Program-made: the position numbers and the translations under genes
Notes under the pieces: model-generated
What the model saw: the letters and a program-made list of their open reading frames with translations, nothing else
Databases searched by the model: none
What the model was told of the DNA's origin: nothing
Assembly (NCBI GenBank): GCA_963790915.1
Contig: CAWBQS010000003.1
Span: forward strand, 1,257,554-1,321,553
DNA length: 64,000 bases
DNA from: an uncultured Chloroflexia bacterium
GTDB lineage: Bacteria > Chloroflexota > Limnocylindria > Limnocylindrales > CSP1-4
Reading direction: 5' to 3'
Shown: piece by piece, positions 9,158 through 18,396 of the stretch
Layout of the letters: the number at the start of each line of letters is the position of its first letter
Position numbering within the stretch: position 1 is the stretch's first letter

Positions 9158-10645
9158 ATGACCACGTTCGCCGAGGCCCTTGGCCGTAACGACGGCCGCC
9201 TCGTGCTGGCCGAGCTGGCCCCCTGGGCCGGCACCCTCCAGGATCACGCCGGGGACCGACTGCGTGCCGAGGCCCGCGAGCTCGCTGCTGACCGGCGCAT
9301 CTCGGCCATCACCATCACGGACAATGCCGGCGGCCACGTCCGCCTGGGGCCCCTGACCCTGGGTCACGCCATCCATGATCTGGGCGGGGAGGTGCTCGTC
9401 CACGTCGCCTGCCGAGAGCGCAATCGGGCCTCCCTGGAGACGCTCGCCTACGGGCTTGCCAGCGCCGGGCTCACCAACGTGCTGGCCCTTTCGGGCGACT
9501 TCCCGAAGGAGGGCTATCGCGGCCGCTCCCGACCGGTCTTCGACATCGACTCGGTGGCTCTCCTCGAGCTGCTGCGCGACGCCACCGGGCACGGCATCCA
9601 CTTCACCAGCGGCTGCGCGGTCAACCCGTTCAAGGCACTCGAGGCGGACCTCCTGCCGCAGCTGCTCAAGCTGCAGCTCAAGGCTCGCGCTGGTGCCGCC
9701 TTCGCGATCTGCCAGGTGGGGTGGGATCCGCGCTCGCTCGATGAGCTCAGGCGCTGGAGCGAGTCCCGCAGCCTGGGCCTGGCGCTCATCGCACCGGTCT
9801 ACGTGCTGAGCCGCGGCGTGGCGCGCGTCTTCCACCGCGACGAGATCCCCGGCATCCGCCTGACCGCGGAGCTGCTGGCCATGGTCGAGCAGGCGGCGGC
9901 GTCACCCGACAAGGGGCGCGGGCGCTTCCTGGAGCTGGCTGCCATGCAGGTGGCCGTGGCGCGCGGCCTGGGCTACGCAGGCGTCTACATCGCCGGCCAG
10001 CGTGACGCGGCGGAGCTGGACCGCATCCTGGGCATGGCGGACGCCTTCGCACCCAGCCAATGGCGCGACATGCTGCCCGAGGTCTCCTGGCCGGAGCCCG
10101 GCGCACATCGTCTGTACGAGTCCGGGGACGTCCCGCAGCTGGCCTCCGACCGCCCGCTGGCGCCCACGACCGGGGTTGGCGCCCCGCCCTTCTACCGCTT
10201 CAGCCGCCTCGTCCACGACCACGTCTTCGATCCGGGTTCGCTGGGCTTCCGCGCGGCACGCGCGGTGTACGGCAGGCTGGATGGCTCGATCCTCGACCGC
10301 CCGGCCCACGTTCTGGAGCAGATGTCCAAGATCCCGCTGTACGGCTGCAAGGACTGCGGCGACTGCTCGCTGCCGGATATCGCCTACCAGTGCCCGGAGA
10401 GCGCCTGCTCCAAGAACCAGCGCAACGGCCCCTGCGGCGGCTCCATCAACGGGCGCTGCGAGGTGCCGGACAAACCGTGCATCTGGACCTCCGCCTACGA
10501 CCGCCTCAAGCCCTACGGGGAAGCCCTGACGATGCTCGACCGCGAGCCGGTCCTGCAGGACCACGCCCTGCGTGGCAGCAGCGCGTGGGCCAACACGTTC
10601 CTGGGCCGCGACCACTACAAGCACCACCGGGGAGGGGAGCAGTGA
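9158..10645 (+). CDS. Methylenetetrahydrofolate reductase-like protein: MetF TIM barrel fused to a Cys-rich MTHFR_C (MetV-like) domain
   Basis: MetF-like N-terminus. C-terminal Cys cluster YGCKDCGDCSLPDIAYQCPESACSKNQRNGPCGG...CEVPDKPC. Start placed at the internal ATG giving MTTFAEAL; the track ORF begins at 9080. Confidence 0.65.
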   Translation: MTTFAEALGRNDGRLVLAELAPWAGTLQDHAGDRLRAEARELAADRRISAITITDNAGGHVRLGPLTLGHAIHDLGGEVLVHVACRERNRASLETLAYGLASAGLTNVLALSGDFPKEGYRGRSRPVFDIDSVALLELLRDATGHGIHFTSGCAVNPFKALEADLLPQLLKLQLKARAGAAFAICQVGWDPRSLDELRRWSESRSLGLALIAPVYVLSRGVARVFHRDEIPGIRLTAELLAMVEQAAASPDKGRGRFLELAAMQVAVARGLGYAGVYIAGQRDAAELDRILGMADAFAPSQWRDMLPEVSWPEPGAHRLYESGDVPQLASDRPLAPTTGVGAPPFYRFSRLVHDHVFDPGSLGFRAARAVYGRLDGSILDRPAHVLEQMSKIPLYGCKDCGDCSLPDIAYQCPESACSKNQRNGPCGGSINGRCEVPDKPCIWTSAYDRLKPYGEALTMLDREPVLQDHALRGSSAWANTFLGRDHYKHHRGGEQ

Positions 10646-11694
10646 CCGATCCGTCCGCAGGGCGCCCGTTCGTCATCATCGGCGAGAACATCCATTGCAC
10701 GCGGGTCGTCAAGCGCGACGGCGCCCGCGGCGGCGTGACGCCGGACGGTCAGCCCGGCGTGCGCTTCCCGGACGGCGCCGGCGCTGAGGCCTGGCTGGTG
10801 CTGCCGGAGTCGATGCTGTCCTCCGCGGAGTTCACCACCAGCAGGCGCATCAAGCACGTCATGGCGGCCGTGCGCCAGGGCCTGGCTGGCGGGCCGCAGA
10901 CGGAGCCTGCCCGCGCCTACGTGGCCTGGATGGCTGCCCGTCAGATCGAGGGTGGCGCGGACTACCTGGACCTCAACGTCGACGAGATCGACGCCTCGGT
11001 CGAGGGGCGCGTGGCGGCCATGATCTGGCTGGTGCGCGCGGTCGGCCCGGCCTCGAGCGTGCCGCTCTGCATCGACTCTTCGGACGCCGTGGTCCTCCGC
11101 GCTGGCCTCGATGCCATCGACCCCGCCTGGGCCGGTGGCGCCACAGCCATGCTCAACTCGGCCTCGTCGGAGCGGCCGGATGTCCTGGACATCTGCGCGG
11201 AGCGCGGCACCCCGGTCGTCCTCTCCTGCACCGGCTCCTCCATGCCGTCGGGGGCCCAGGATCGCCTGGAGCGCGCGGAGCAGATCGTCGGCATGGCCGT
11301 CGAGCGTGGCTTGCCGCTGGGCTCCCTGTACGTGGACGTCCTCGTCATCCCCATCGGTGTCGACCCCTTCGCCGGCATGGCGTACCTGGACGCCGTGCGC
11401 GGCGTCCGCGAGCGCTTCGGTCCGGAGATCCACATCACGGGCGGCATCTCCAACGTCAGTTTCGGGCTGCCCGCCCGCCGCCTGGTGAGCGATGTCTTCC
11501 TGGACCTGGGTGTCCAGGCCGGCCTCGACAGCGGCATCGTGGACCCGGTGGCGGCCGACATCCGTGTCGCCCTCGCGCCGGACCGCGCGTCGGAGGCCTA
11601 TCGGCTGGCGGCGGCCATGCTCCGTGGCGAGGACGCCTTCGGCATGGACTTCATCGAGGCCTTCCGGGCCGGCCGACTGGGTGACGCCACCTGA
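10642..11694 (+). CDS. Pterin-binding domain methyltransferase (MtrH/AcsE-like methyltetrahydrofolate:corrinoid methyltransferase family; DHPS-like fold)
   Basis: GTG start overlaps the upstream stop (GTGA). FVIIGENIHCTRVV is a pterin-binding barrel signature, and fold motifs continue through LNVDEID...INSASSE. The 5' part of the track ORF (10060-) is read-through in another gene's region. Confidence 0.6.
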   Translation: MTDPSAGRPFVIIGENIHCTRVVKRDGARGGVTPDGQPGVRFPDGAGAEAWLVLPESMLSSAEFTTSRRIKHVMAAVRQGLAGGPQTEPARAYVAWMAARQIEGGADYLDLNVDEIDASVEGRVAAMIWLVRAVGPASSVPLCIDSSDAVVLRAGLDAIDPAWAGGATAMLNSASSERPDVLDICAERGTPVVLSCTGSSMPSGAQDRLERAEQIVGMAVERGLPLGSLYVDVLVIPIGVDPFAGMAYLDAVRGVRERFGPEIHITGGISNVSFGLPARRLVSDVFLDLGVQAGLDSGIVDPVAADIRVALAPDRASEAYRLAAAMLRGEDAFGMDFIEAFRAGRLGDAT

Positions 11695-11704
11695 TCAGCG
11701 CAAG

Positions 11705-12580
11705 CTAGCCGGCGAGCCCTCCACCGCCCGCTCCACCAGCGCCCGCTCCGCCGGCTGCGCCGCCACCCATGCGGCCGGCGGAGATGACGCGATCCAGGAA
11801 TTGCCGCGTGCGCGGCTGCCTGGGCTCGCCGAAGATCGACACCGGCGGTCCCTCCTCCAGGATGGCGCCCTGGTCGAGGAAGCAGACGCGGTCGGCGATG
11901 TCCCGGGCGAAGCCCATCTCGTGCGTCGCGATGATCATCGTCATGCCCTGCTCCGCGAGCCCGCGGATGACGTCCAGGACCTCGGCCACGAGCTCGGGGT
12001 CCAGGGCGCTGGTGATCTCGTCGAGCAGCAGCAGGTCCGGCTTCATGGCCAGCGCGCGAACGATGGCGACGCGCTGCTGCTGGCCGCCGGAGAGTCGGTC
12101 GGGGAACTGCTCGGCCTTCTCCGCGAGGCCGAAGCGCGCCAGCATCGTGCGTGCCTCCTCCTCCGCCTCCGCGCGCCGCATGCCCAGGACCTTGCGCGGC
12201 GCCAGCGTCACGTTGTCCAGCACGTTCATGTGCGGGAAGAGGTTGTAGGCCTGGAAGACGATGCCGATGCGCCGCCGCACCTTGTCGATGTCCACGCCGC
12301 GTGCCGTGATCGCCTGGCCGGCCAGGACGACCCGCCCGGCCTGCAGCGGCTCCAGCAGGTTGATACACCGCAAGAGTGTGGACTTGCCCGACCCGGACGC
12401 GCCGATGAGGCAGACGACCTCGTGCTCGCGGACGATGAGGTCGATGCCACGCAGGACCTCCAGGTCGCCGAACGACTTGTGGACGCCCTCGACACGGATG
12501 GCCTCACCGCCCAGCAGGCGACCGCTGGCGCCACGTTCCGGCGCTCCCGAGGGCTGGACCTGCGGTCCTGGATCGCTCAC
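11705..12580 (-). CDS. Polar amino-acid ABC transporter ATP-binding protein (GlnQ/HisP-like)
   Basis: Walker A GASGSGKST, ABC signature LSGGQQQRVAIVRALA, Walker B LLLLDEITSALD. Confidence 0.85.
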   Translation of the reverse strand: MSDPGPQVQPSGAPERGASGRLLGGEAIRVEGVHKSFGDLEVLRGIDLIVREHEVVCLIGASGSGKSTLLRCINLLEPLQAGRVVLAGQAITARGVDIDKVRRRIGIVFQAYNLFPHMNVLDNVTLAPRKVLGMRRAEAEEEARTMLARFGLAEKAEQFPDRLSGGQQQRVAIVRALAMKPDLLLLDEITSALDPELVAEVLDVIRGLAEQGMTMIIATHEMGFARDIADRVCFLDQGAILEEGPPVSIFGEPRQPRTRQFLDRVISAGRMGGGAAGGAGAGGAGGGGLAG

Positions 12581-13452
12581 CGGGCCCCGGCCATCTGGCG
12601 GCGGCGATCACGCTCCACGAGCCAGTCGACGGTGCGTGACAGCGGGATGGTGAGGACGAGGAAGATGACGGCCGTGATCACGACCGGGGTGTAGTCAAAG
12701 GCGGCACCCTGCTCGATCTGGGCGCGACGGAAGGCTTCCACGAGGCCGATGAGGCTGACCAGGGCGGTGTCCTTGGTGAGGCCGATGAAGTCGTTCAGCA
12801 GGGGCGGGATGATGCGCCGCACTGCCTGCGGGATGACGACGTAGCGCATGGCCTGTCCCTGGCTGAGCCCCAGGGAACGGGCAGCCGCGCCCTGGCTGGG
12901 ATGCACGGACTCGATGCCTGCCCGGTAGACCTCCGACACATAGGCGGAGTAGATGAGCACGAGGGCCAGGAGGCCCCAGAAGAACTCCTCCTTGGGAAAG
13001 CCGAGGGCCGGCATGCCGAAACCGAGGACGTACACGACGAGGATGCCGGGCAGGCCGCGGAAGACATCGACATAGACGATGGCGAAGGCGCGCACCGGCG
13101 CCAGCGCCGCGCCCTTGAGGCTGCGCATGACCGCCAGCAGGAGGCCCAGGAAGAGGACGAAGACCTCGGCCAGCAGGAAGAGCGTGACGTTGCGTCCGAA
13201 GGCGGCCACGATCTTGGGCGCGGTCCTGGCCGCGACCTCGGCATCGAGGAAGTACTCCTGCACCAGCGGCCAGCCGGGCATGTTGACGATGACGTACCCG
13301 ATGACCACCAGCACCAGGATCGTGCTGATGATCGACACGAGGACTCCCCGGCGCCCGTCTTCGGGATCGCCGAGGAGTCGTGAGCTGCGCGAACCCGGCA
13401 CTGGCGCCGGCTCTGGGAGCTTGCGGTCGTGTGATCCGCTGAGGACGGACAC
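12577..13452 (-). CDS. Polar amino-acid ABC transporter permease (HisMQ family)
   Basis: EAA-loop-like EAARSLGLSQGQAMRYVVIPQAVRRIIPPLLN and multiple TM segments. Overlaps the ATPase start by 4 nt. Confidence 0.8.
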   Translation of the reverse strand: MSVLSGSHDRKLPEPAPVPGSRSSRLLGDPEDGRRGVLVSIISTILVLVVIGYVIVNMPGWPLVQEYFLDAEVAARTAPKIVAAFGRNVTLFLLAEVFVLFLGLLLAVMRSLKGAALAPVRAFAIVYVDVFRGLPGILVVYVLGFGMPALGFPKEEFFWGLLALVLIYSAYVSEVYRAGIESVHPSQGAAARSLGLSQGQAMRYVVIPQAVRRIIPPLLNDFIGLTKDTALVSLIGLVEAFRRAQIEQGAAFDYTPVVITAVIFLVLTIPLSRTVDWLVERDRRRQMAGAR

Positions 13453-13503
13453 CAGGGTGACGATGGATGGGCCGCCGTGCGGCGGCCCATCAGCCTCGAT
13501 CGG

Positions 13504-14466
13504 CTACTGCAGGGGCGGCGCGTCGTTGGCGTCGCTGATCCAGGTGTCGAAGATCTCCTGGTACTGACCGCTGGCCTTGATGGCGGCCAGGGACTCGTTG
13601 ACGCACGCGGTCAGGGCGCTGTCCTTGGGCAGGATGATGCCGAAGTGCTCGGCGGTCTCGGTCACGATCTGGCCGATGACGGCACCCTCGGGATCGGGTG
13701 TGTCGAAGTCCTCGAGCTCGCCATCGCGGATGTAGAAGGCCGTCGGCGTGTCCACCACGAGGCCGTCGATCTGGCCGTTCTGCAGCGCGAACTTGCCGCC
13801 GGCGATGTCGTCGTAGACCTTGATCTCCTTGTTCGGCGCGATGACGGCCTCGGCGATGCGCAGGCTGGTGGTGGCCACCGGCGCACCCAGCTGGAAGTCC
13901 TTGAGCTCAGCGAGCGTGGTGACAGCGTTGATGGGGTTGTCAGCCATGGCCACGATGGCCTGCTGGACGTCGTAGTAGGAGTCGCTGAAGTCGACGGCCT
14001 GGGCGCGCTCGTCGCTGTAGGAGACCTGGCCCAGGTGGAAGTCGAAGTCCTTCTCACCCGGTGCGAAGGCCAGGCCGAAGGTGGCCTGGGCGACCCAGTC
14101 GACCTGGTCCGGCGTGAAGCCCAGCTGACCGGCGATGGCGTAGGCGATGGCGCTCTCGAAGCCTTCACCGGACGGCGGGTAGCCGCCGTAGTCGGCCCAC
14201 TCCGATCCCGCCGGCACCGTGCCGGCCCACCACGGGAAGTAGGCCGGGTTGTCCGTGCTCAGCGTGAGGCGGCCGGCGTTCGTGAGGACGTCGCCCAGGT
14301 TGGCCGCCTGGCAGGCCTCACTGATGGTGGCGGCGGGCGCGGCCGGCGCTGCGGAGCCGTCGGCTGCCGGTGAGGCGTCCTGGGCCAGCGCGGCCAGCGG
14401 GCTGGCGAGCAGAGCGCAGCTGGCGACACCCGCGGCCAGCGCGCCCACACGGCGATGAGCGGACAT
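13504..14466 (-). CDS. Amino-acid ABC transporter substrate-binding protein (SBP family 3), secreted
   Basis: Start set at MSAHRRVGALAAGVASCALLASPLAALAQD, which has a signal peptide. The upstream 140 codons of the track ORF are Arg-rich GC noise. SBP_bac_3-like body. Confidence 0.75.
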   Translation of the reverse strand: MSAHRRVGALAAGVASCALLASPLAALAQDASPAADGSAAPAAPAATISEACQAANLGDVLTNAGRLTLSTDNPAYFPWWAGTVPAGSEWADYGGYPPSGEGFESAIAYAIAGQLGFTPDQVDWVAQATFGLAFAPGEKDFDFHLGQVSYSDERAQAVDFSDSYYDVQQAIVAMADNPINAVTTLAELKDFQLGAPVATTSLRIAEAVIAPNKEIKVYDDIAGGKFALQNGQIDGLVVDTPTAFYIRDGELEDFDTPDPEGAVIGQIVTETAEHFGIILPKDSALTACVNESLAAIKASGQYQEIFDTWISDANDAPPLQ

Positions 14467-14547
14467 GTGGGACCCTCCTTGTGTCGTGACCCCGTGGGGA
14501 GGTTCCATGGTCCCACAGGCCGGCAAGGTGCGCCCGGGCGTGCCAGC

Positions 14548-15449
14548 ATGGGCAGCGTGATCGACCCGACGGCTCCCCTCGGATACCTGCCCCCGCCGCC
14601 GGCCACCGCGGCGCCGCCGCAGGGCGGGCAGACCCGCCCCCCGCAGGGCCCATCCGCTGGCGCCCCGCCACCTGGAGCTGGCGCCCGGCCACCGTACGGC
14701 TCGCCCGCGCCATCCGCTCCGGCCGCCGGTGCGGGCGCCGGCTATGGCGCCCCGCCCGCGGTCCACGGCGCTCCGCCGAGCGGTCCCGGGGGCGCACCTG
14801 CTGGGTACGGTGGACCGCCCGCGGGTACGGTGCGCCGCCCGCAGGGTACGGTGGACCGCCCGTGGGCCACCCCTATTGGGCACCGCCCCCAGCCGGTCAG
14901 CCTCCCGCAGGTCAGCCTCCCGCCGGTCAGCCTCCCGCGAGTCCCCGGACGCCTGAGGCCAGCAGGCGACGCTCGGCGGGCCAGGACCCCGGCGCGCTCG
15001 TCGCCGGACTGGTCGTGGCAGGAGTGGGCCTCTTCCTCCTGGCCGGTGAGGTGGAGCCGGACATCGGTCGCTTCGTGACGCTCTTCATCGGCCTGGCGTT
15101 GCTGGCCGTCTTCGTCATCCGCCGCGAGTACGGCTTCCTCGTCCCGGGCTCCATCCTCACCGGTATCGGGATCGGGATCGCTCTCGAGCCCGCCACCAAC
15201 GGTGACATCGAATCGGGCGTCATGATGCTGTCCCTGGCCGGCGGCTTCCTGGGCATCTGGCTGCTGGGCCTGCTCTACCGCCTCCCCCAGAACCACTGGT
15301 GGCCACTCATCCCGGGCGGCATCCTGACGCTCGTCGGCCTGGTGCAGGTGAGTCGCACGGACGTGGGTGGCGCCATGCGCCTGTGGCCGGTCATCCTCAT
15401 CGCCCTCGGCATCGTCTTCCTCGTGCGTGCCATCGCGCGGCGAGGCTGA
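14548..15449 (+). pseudogene. Membrane protein with N-terminal Pro/Gly/Tyr repeat region (YG[GA]PPAG, AGQPP x3) and C-terminal multi-TM domain; interrupted by a 1-nt frameshift inside the repeat (about 14820)
   Basis: Two overlapping ORFs (14455-15078 and 14862-15449) join into ...GYGGPPAGYGAPPAGYGGPPVGHPYWAPPPAGQPPAGQPPAGQPP... if one G is restored at a GGG run. The C-terminus has 5-6 hydrophobic helices. Confidence 0.45.
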
Positions 15450-15464
15450 TCCGCGGCCCGCCGG

Positions 15465-18275
15465 CTAGCGGAGCGGCGGCAGCTCCTGGGGCTCCTCCAG
15501 GACTCCGCTGAAGAGGTCCCCATGCCGCTCGATCCGCGGGATGACCGTGCGCATGTCCCAGCGGTCCGGCCGCAGGGTGGGATCATCGAGCTCATCCCAT
15601 GTGATGGGTGCAGACACCGTGCCGCCCGGCACCGGCCGCACGGCATAGGGCGCCACCAGCGTCTTGATGGGGGAGTTCTGCGTGTAGTCGAGGCGCGCCC
15701 GGCCCTCCCGGTCTGCCTTGCCCCACTCCCAGGAGACGAGCTCCGGGACGACCGACCCCACGCCGCGTGACAGCTGCCCCACCCAGTCCCGGGTGTCATC
15801 GAAGGTGTAGCGGGGCAGCACGTGGATCCAGACCTGGATGCCCCGCTTGCCCGTGACCTTGGGATGGCCACGGACCCCGAGGTGCTGCAGGGCCGTCCGG
15901 AAGAGCCGCGCCAGGGTCAGCACCTCCGGCCAGCTGGTGCGTTGGCCCGGATCGATGTCCACGAGCGCGTACGTGGGCCGCCAGTATTCCGGAATGCGGC
16001 TGGTCCAGGGGTGCAGGTCGATGGCGGCCTGGTTGGCCAGCCAGGCCAACGTCGCCACGCGATCGACCACGACGTAGGTGTGCGAGCGGGCGGCCCCGGG
16101 ATCAGGGTGCTCCCAGCGGCTGACCCAGGTGGGTGCATGCACGGGGATCTGCTTCTGCCAGAACTGGCGTTTCCCGGTCACGCCGTCCGGCCAGCGGTGG
16201 ACGTTGACGGGGCGATCCCGCAGATACGGCAGGATGACGGGCGCGACCGTCACGTAGTAGCGGATGAGATCCCGCTTGGTGAACGACGCGGCCGGAAAGA
16301 GCACCTTGTCCAGGTTGGAGAGCTCCACGGCCTGACCGCCGACCTCCCACGTGCCACCGCTCGCCATGGCGGTCAGCGCATCCAGCTCCGCGCGGCTGAC
16401 GATCTCCACGGGCGTCCGCCTCCTCTCGTCCTGGGCGATGAGGTCGAAGCTGCGCGCTGGCGGCCCGTCGTGGGCCCCGGGCACCTCCCGGCCGGGCGCC
16501 ATCGTACTGACCGACGATCCTTCCGCATGCTCCGGGTCCTCCGGGACACCCGTGGCGGTGCCAGGGACAGGGTCCTCAGGCTGCCTGCGACCGATGTCCG
16601 GCGCCTCGTCCTCCGCCCGTTCGAGCACCCGCAGGGTGCGCTCCACGCGCTCCCGGGTGACCGACTCAGGGTCACGTCCCACCTCCCGACCCTTGTACAC
16701 GGCCTGCCGCAGGAGGCCATCAGGGGTCCATTCCGCGAAGGCAGCCCGAATGACCAGGCGGGGCTCCGACCAATGCGCGTCACTCGAGACGGCTGCCCCG
16801 GGTGATGGCGGCACGTCCACCGGATGCTCGTCGAGGAGCTGGCGCAACAGCGCTCGGGTCCGGCCGTCCAGGCCGCTGCCGACCCTGCCGGCGAAGCGCC
16901 AGCCCTCGACCTCGTGCGTGGCCACCAGCAGTGAACCGATGTCCCGATGGCTGCCCGTGCCCGGCTCGTACCCGACGATGACGAGCTCCTGCTCTCTCCG
17001 TGCCTTGACCTTCAGCCACGATCGTGAGCGGATCCCAGGTTCATAGCGGCTGCGCCGTCGCTTGGCGACGCTGCCCTCCAGGCCCTGCTCGATCACGGCC
17101 GCCTGGAAGTCCTCACCGTACCCCAGCACGTGCGAGACGTAGCGCACGTTGGGGTGCTCGCGGAGGACCAGCCGCAGGAGACGTTTGCGTTCCTCGAGGG
17201 GTACGGCCAGCAGATCCCAGCTGTCCAGGTGGAGGAGGTCGAAGGCGTGGTAGACGAGGGTGCCCCGGCCAAGCGTCGTCTTGCGCATCGCCGGCACGGG
17301 CTCCGCAGGCTCGCGGGCGCGCCTGGCGCCCAGCCCCTGCATGCCCGCCAGCTCCTGGAGGAGGCTGAAGCTGGGCCGTCCGTCCTCGTCCAGGGCCACC
17401 ATCTCACCGTCGACGACGGCGTCATACGCTCCGATCCAGGTGGCAGACTCCGCGGCGAAGACCGGGAACCAGGCGGCACCGTCCTTGCCTCCGCGCGTGC
17501 GCAGGTGGACGGCGCGGCCCTTGACGACGGCCTGGACGCGGTAGCCGTCCAGCTTGAGCTCGAAGAGCCAGTCCTCATCGCTGAAGGGGCGGTCCACGGC
17601 CGTCGCCAGCATGGGCGGGATGAAGTCCGGCACCGGCACCTGGCGTGCGGCGGAGAGGTCGATATCCGCCATGGAGCGCGCCGGCGGCGGCCCGGGTACG
17701 GGTGGCCGGCGCGTGGCGATCTCCTCGTTGGTCAGGCCGCTCAGGATGGAGGTCAGGTGGTCCCGGATGTCCCATGCGGGGTCACTGTGCGGGCCGGGCT
17801 TGTGGATGAGCAGCCAGTCCTCCCGCGCCTGGTGCTCTCGGCGCGTGCGGACGAGCGTGAACCGTCCCTGCAGGCGCTGGCCGCGAAGCTCGAGCTTGAG
17901 TTCCCCGTCCTCCAGCGCAGCGGCCGGGTCATCCAGGCCCTCCGGCTCCCACTCCCCCTTGTCCCAGACGATGACGTCTCCAGCGCCATAGGCGCCGTAC
18001 GGGATGATGCCCTCGAAGCCCAGGTACTCGGTGGGGTGGTCCTCCGTGCGGGCTGCCCGGCGACGTGAGAGTGGACGCATGGAGGGTCCGCGCGGGACGG
18101 CCCAACTGACCAGCACGCCGCCCAGCTCCAGGCGCAGGTCGAAGTGCAACCGTGAGGCTCTGTGGCGTTGGACGACGAAGCGGCGCCGGCTGGCCCGGCG
18201 CCGTTCCGGGCGTGTGCCCTGCGGTTCCGGGGTAACGGCGAAGTCCCGCTTGCGCCAGTACTCCTCGAGCGACAT
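15465..18275 (-). CDS. ligD: Multidomain ATP-dependent DNA ligase LigD (phosphoesterase - ligase - polymerase/primase order)
   Basis: N-terminal 3'-phosphoesterase domain (YWRKRDFAVTPEP...RFVVQRHRASRLHFDLRLE). Ligase adenylation motif ELKLDGYR. C-terminal LigD polymerase domain (...YTQNSPIKTLVAPYAVRP...). 936 aa. Confidence 0.85.
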   Translation of the reverse strand: MSLEEYWRKRDFAVTPEPQGTRPERRRASRRRFVVQRHRASRLHFDLRLELGGVLVSWAVPRGPSMRPLSRRRAARTEDHPTEYLGFEGIIPYGAYGAGDVIVWDKGEWEPEGLDDPAAALEDGELKLELRGQRLQGRFTLVRTRREHQAREDWLLIHKPGPHSDPAWDIRDHLTSILSGLTNEEIATRRPPVPGPPPARSMADIDLSAARQVPVPDFIPPMLATAVDRPFSDEDWLFELKLDGYRVQAVVKGRAVHLRTRGGKDGAAWFPVFAAESATWIGAYDAVVDGEMVALDEDGRPSFSLLQELAGMQGLGARRAREPAEPVPAMRKTTLGRGTLVYHAFDLLHLDSWDLLAVPLEERKRLLRLVLREHPNVRYVSHVLGYGEDFQAAVIEQGLEGSVAKRRRSRYEPGIRSRSWLKVKARREQELVIVGYEPGTGSHRDIGSLLVATHEVEGWRFAGRVGSGLDGRTRALLRQLLDEHPVDVPPSPGAAVSSDAHWSEPRLVIRAAFAEWTPDGLLRQAVYKGREVGRDPESVTRERVERTLRVLERAEDEAPDIGRRQPEDPVPGTATGVPEDPEHAEGSSVSTMAPGREVPGAHDGPPARSFDLIAQDERRRTPVEIVSRAELDALTAMASGGTWEVGGQAVELSNLDKVLFPAASFTKRDLIRYYVTVAPVILPYLRDRPVNVHRWPDGVTGKRQFWQKQIPVHAPTWVSRWEHPDPGAARSHTYVVVDRVATLAWLANQAAIDLHPWTSRIPEYWRPTYALVDIDPGQRTSWPEVLTLARLFRTALQHLGVRGHPKVTGKRGIQVWIHVLPRYTFDDTRDWVGQLSRGVGSVVPELVSWEWGKADREGRARLDYTQNSPIKTLVAPYAVRPVPGGTVSAPITWDELDDPTLRPDRWDMRTVIPRIERHGDLFSGVLEEPQELPPLR

Positions 18276-18396
18276 GCACGGCAGGGTAGCGTGTGTCCCT
18301 TACTCGCCCCTTATGCGCTCGTTGCGACCGCGGGCGCCGGGCGCCGGCGGTGGGCGCCGCCTGCATGGACGGGCGCGCCGCCGGGACGGAGCGCCG

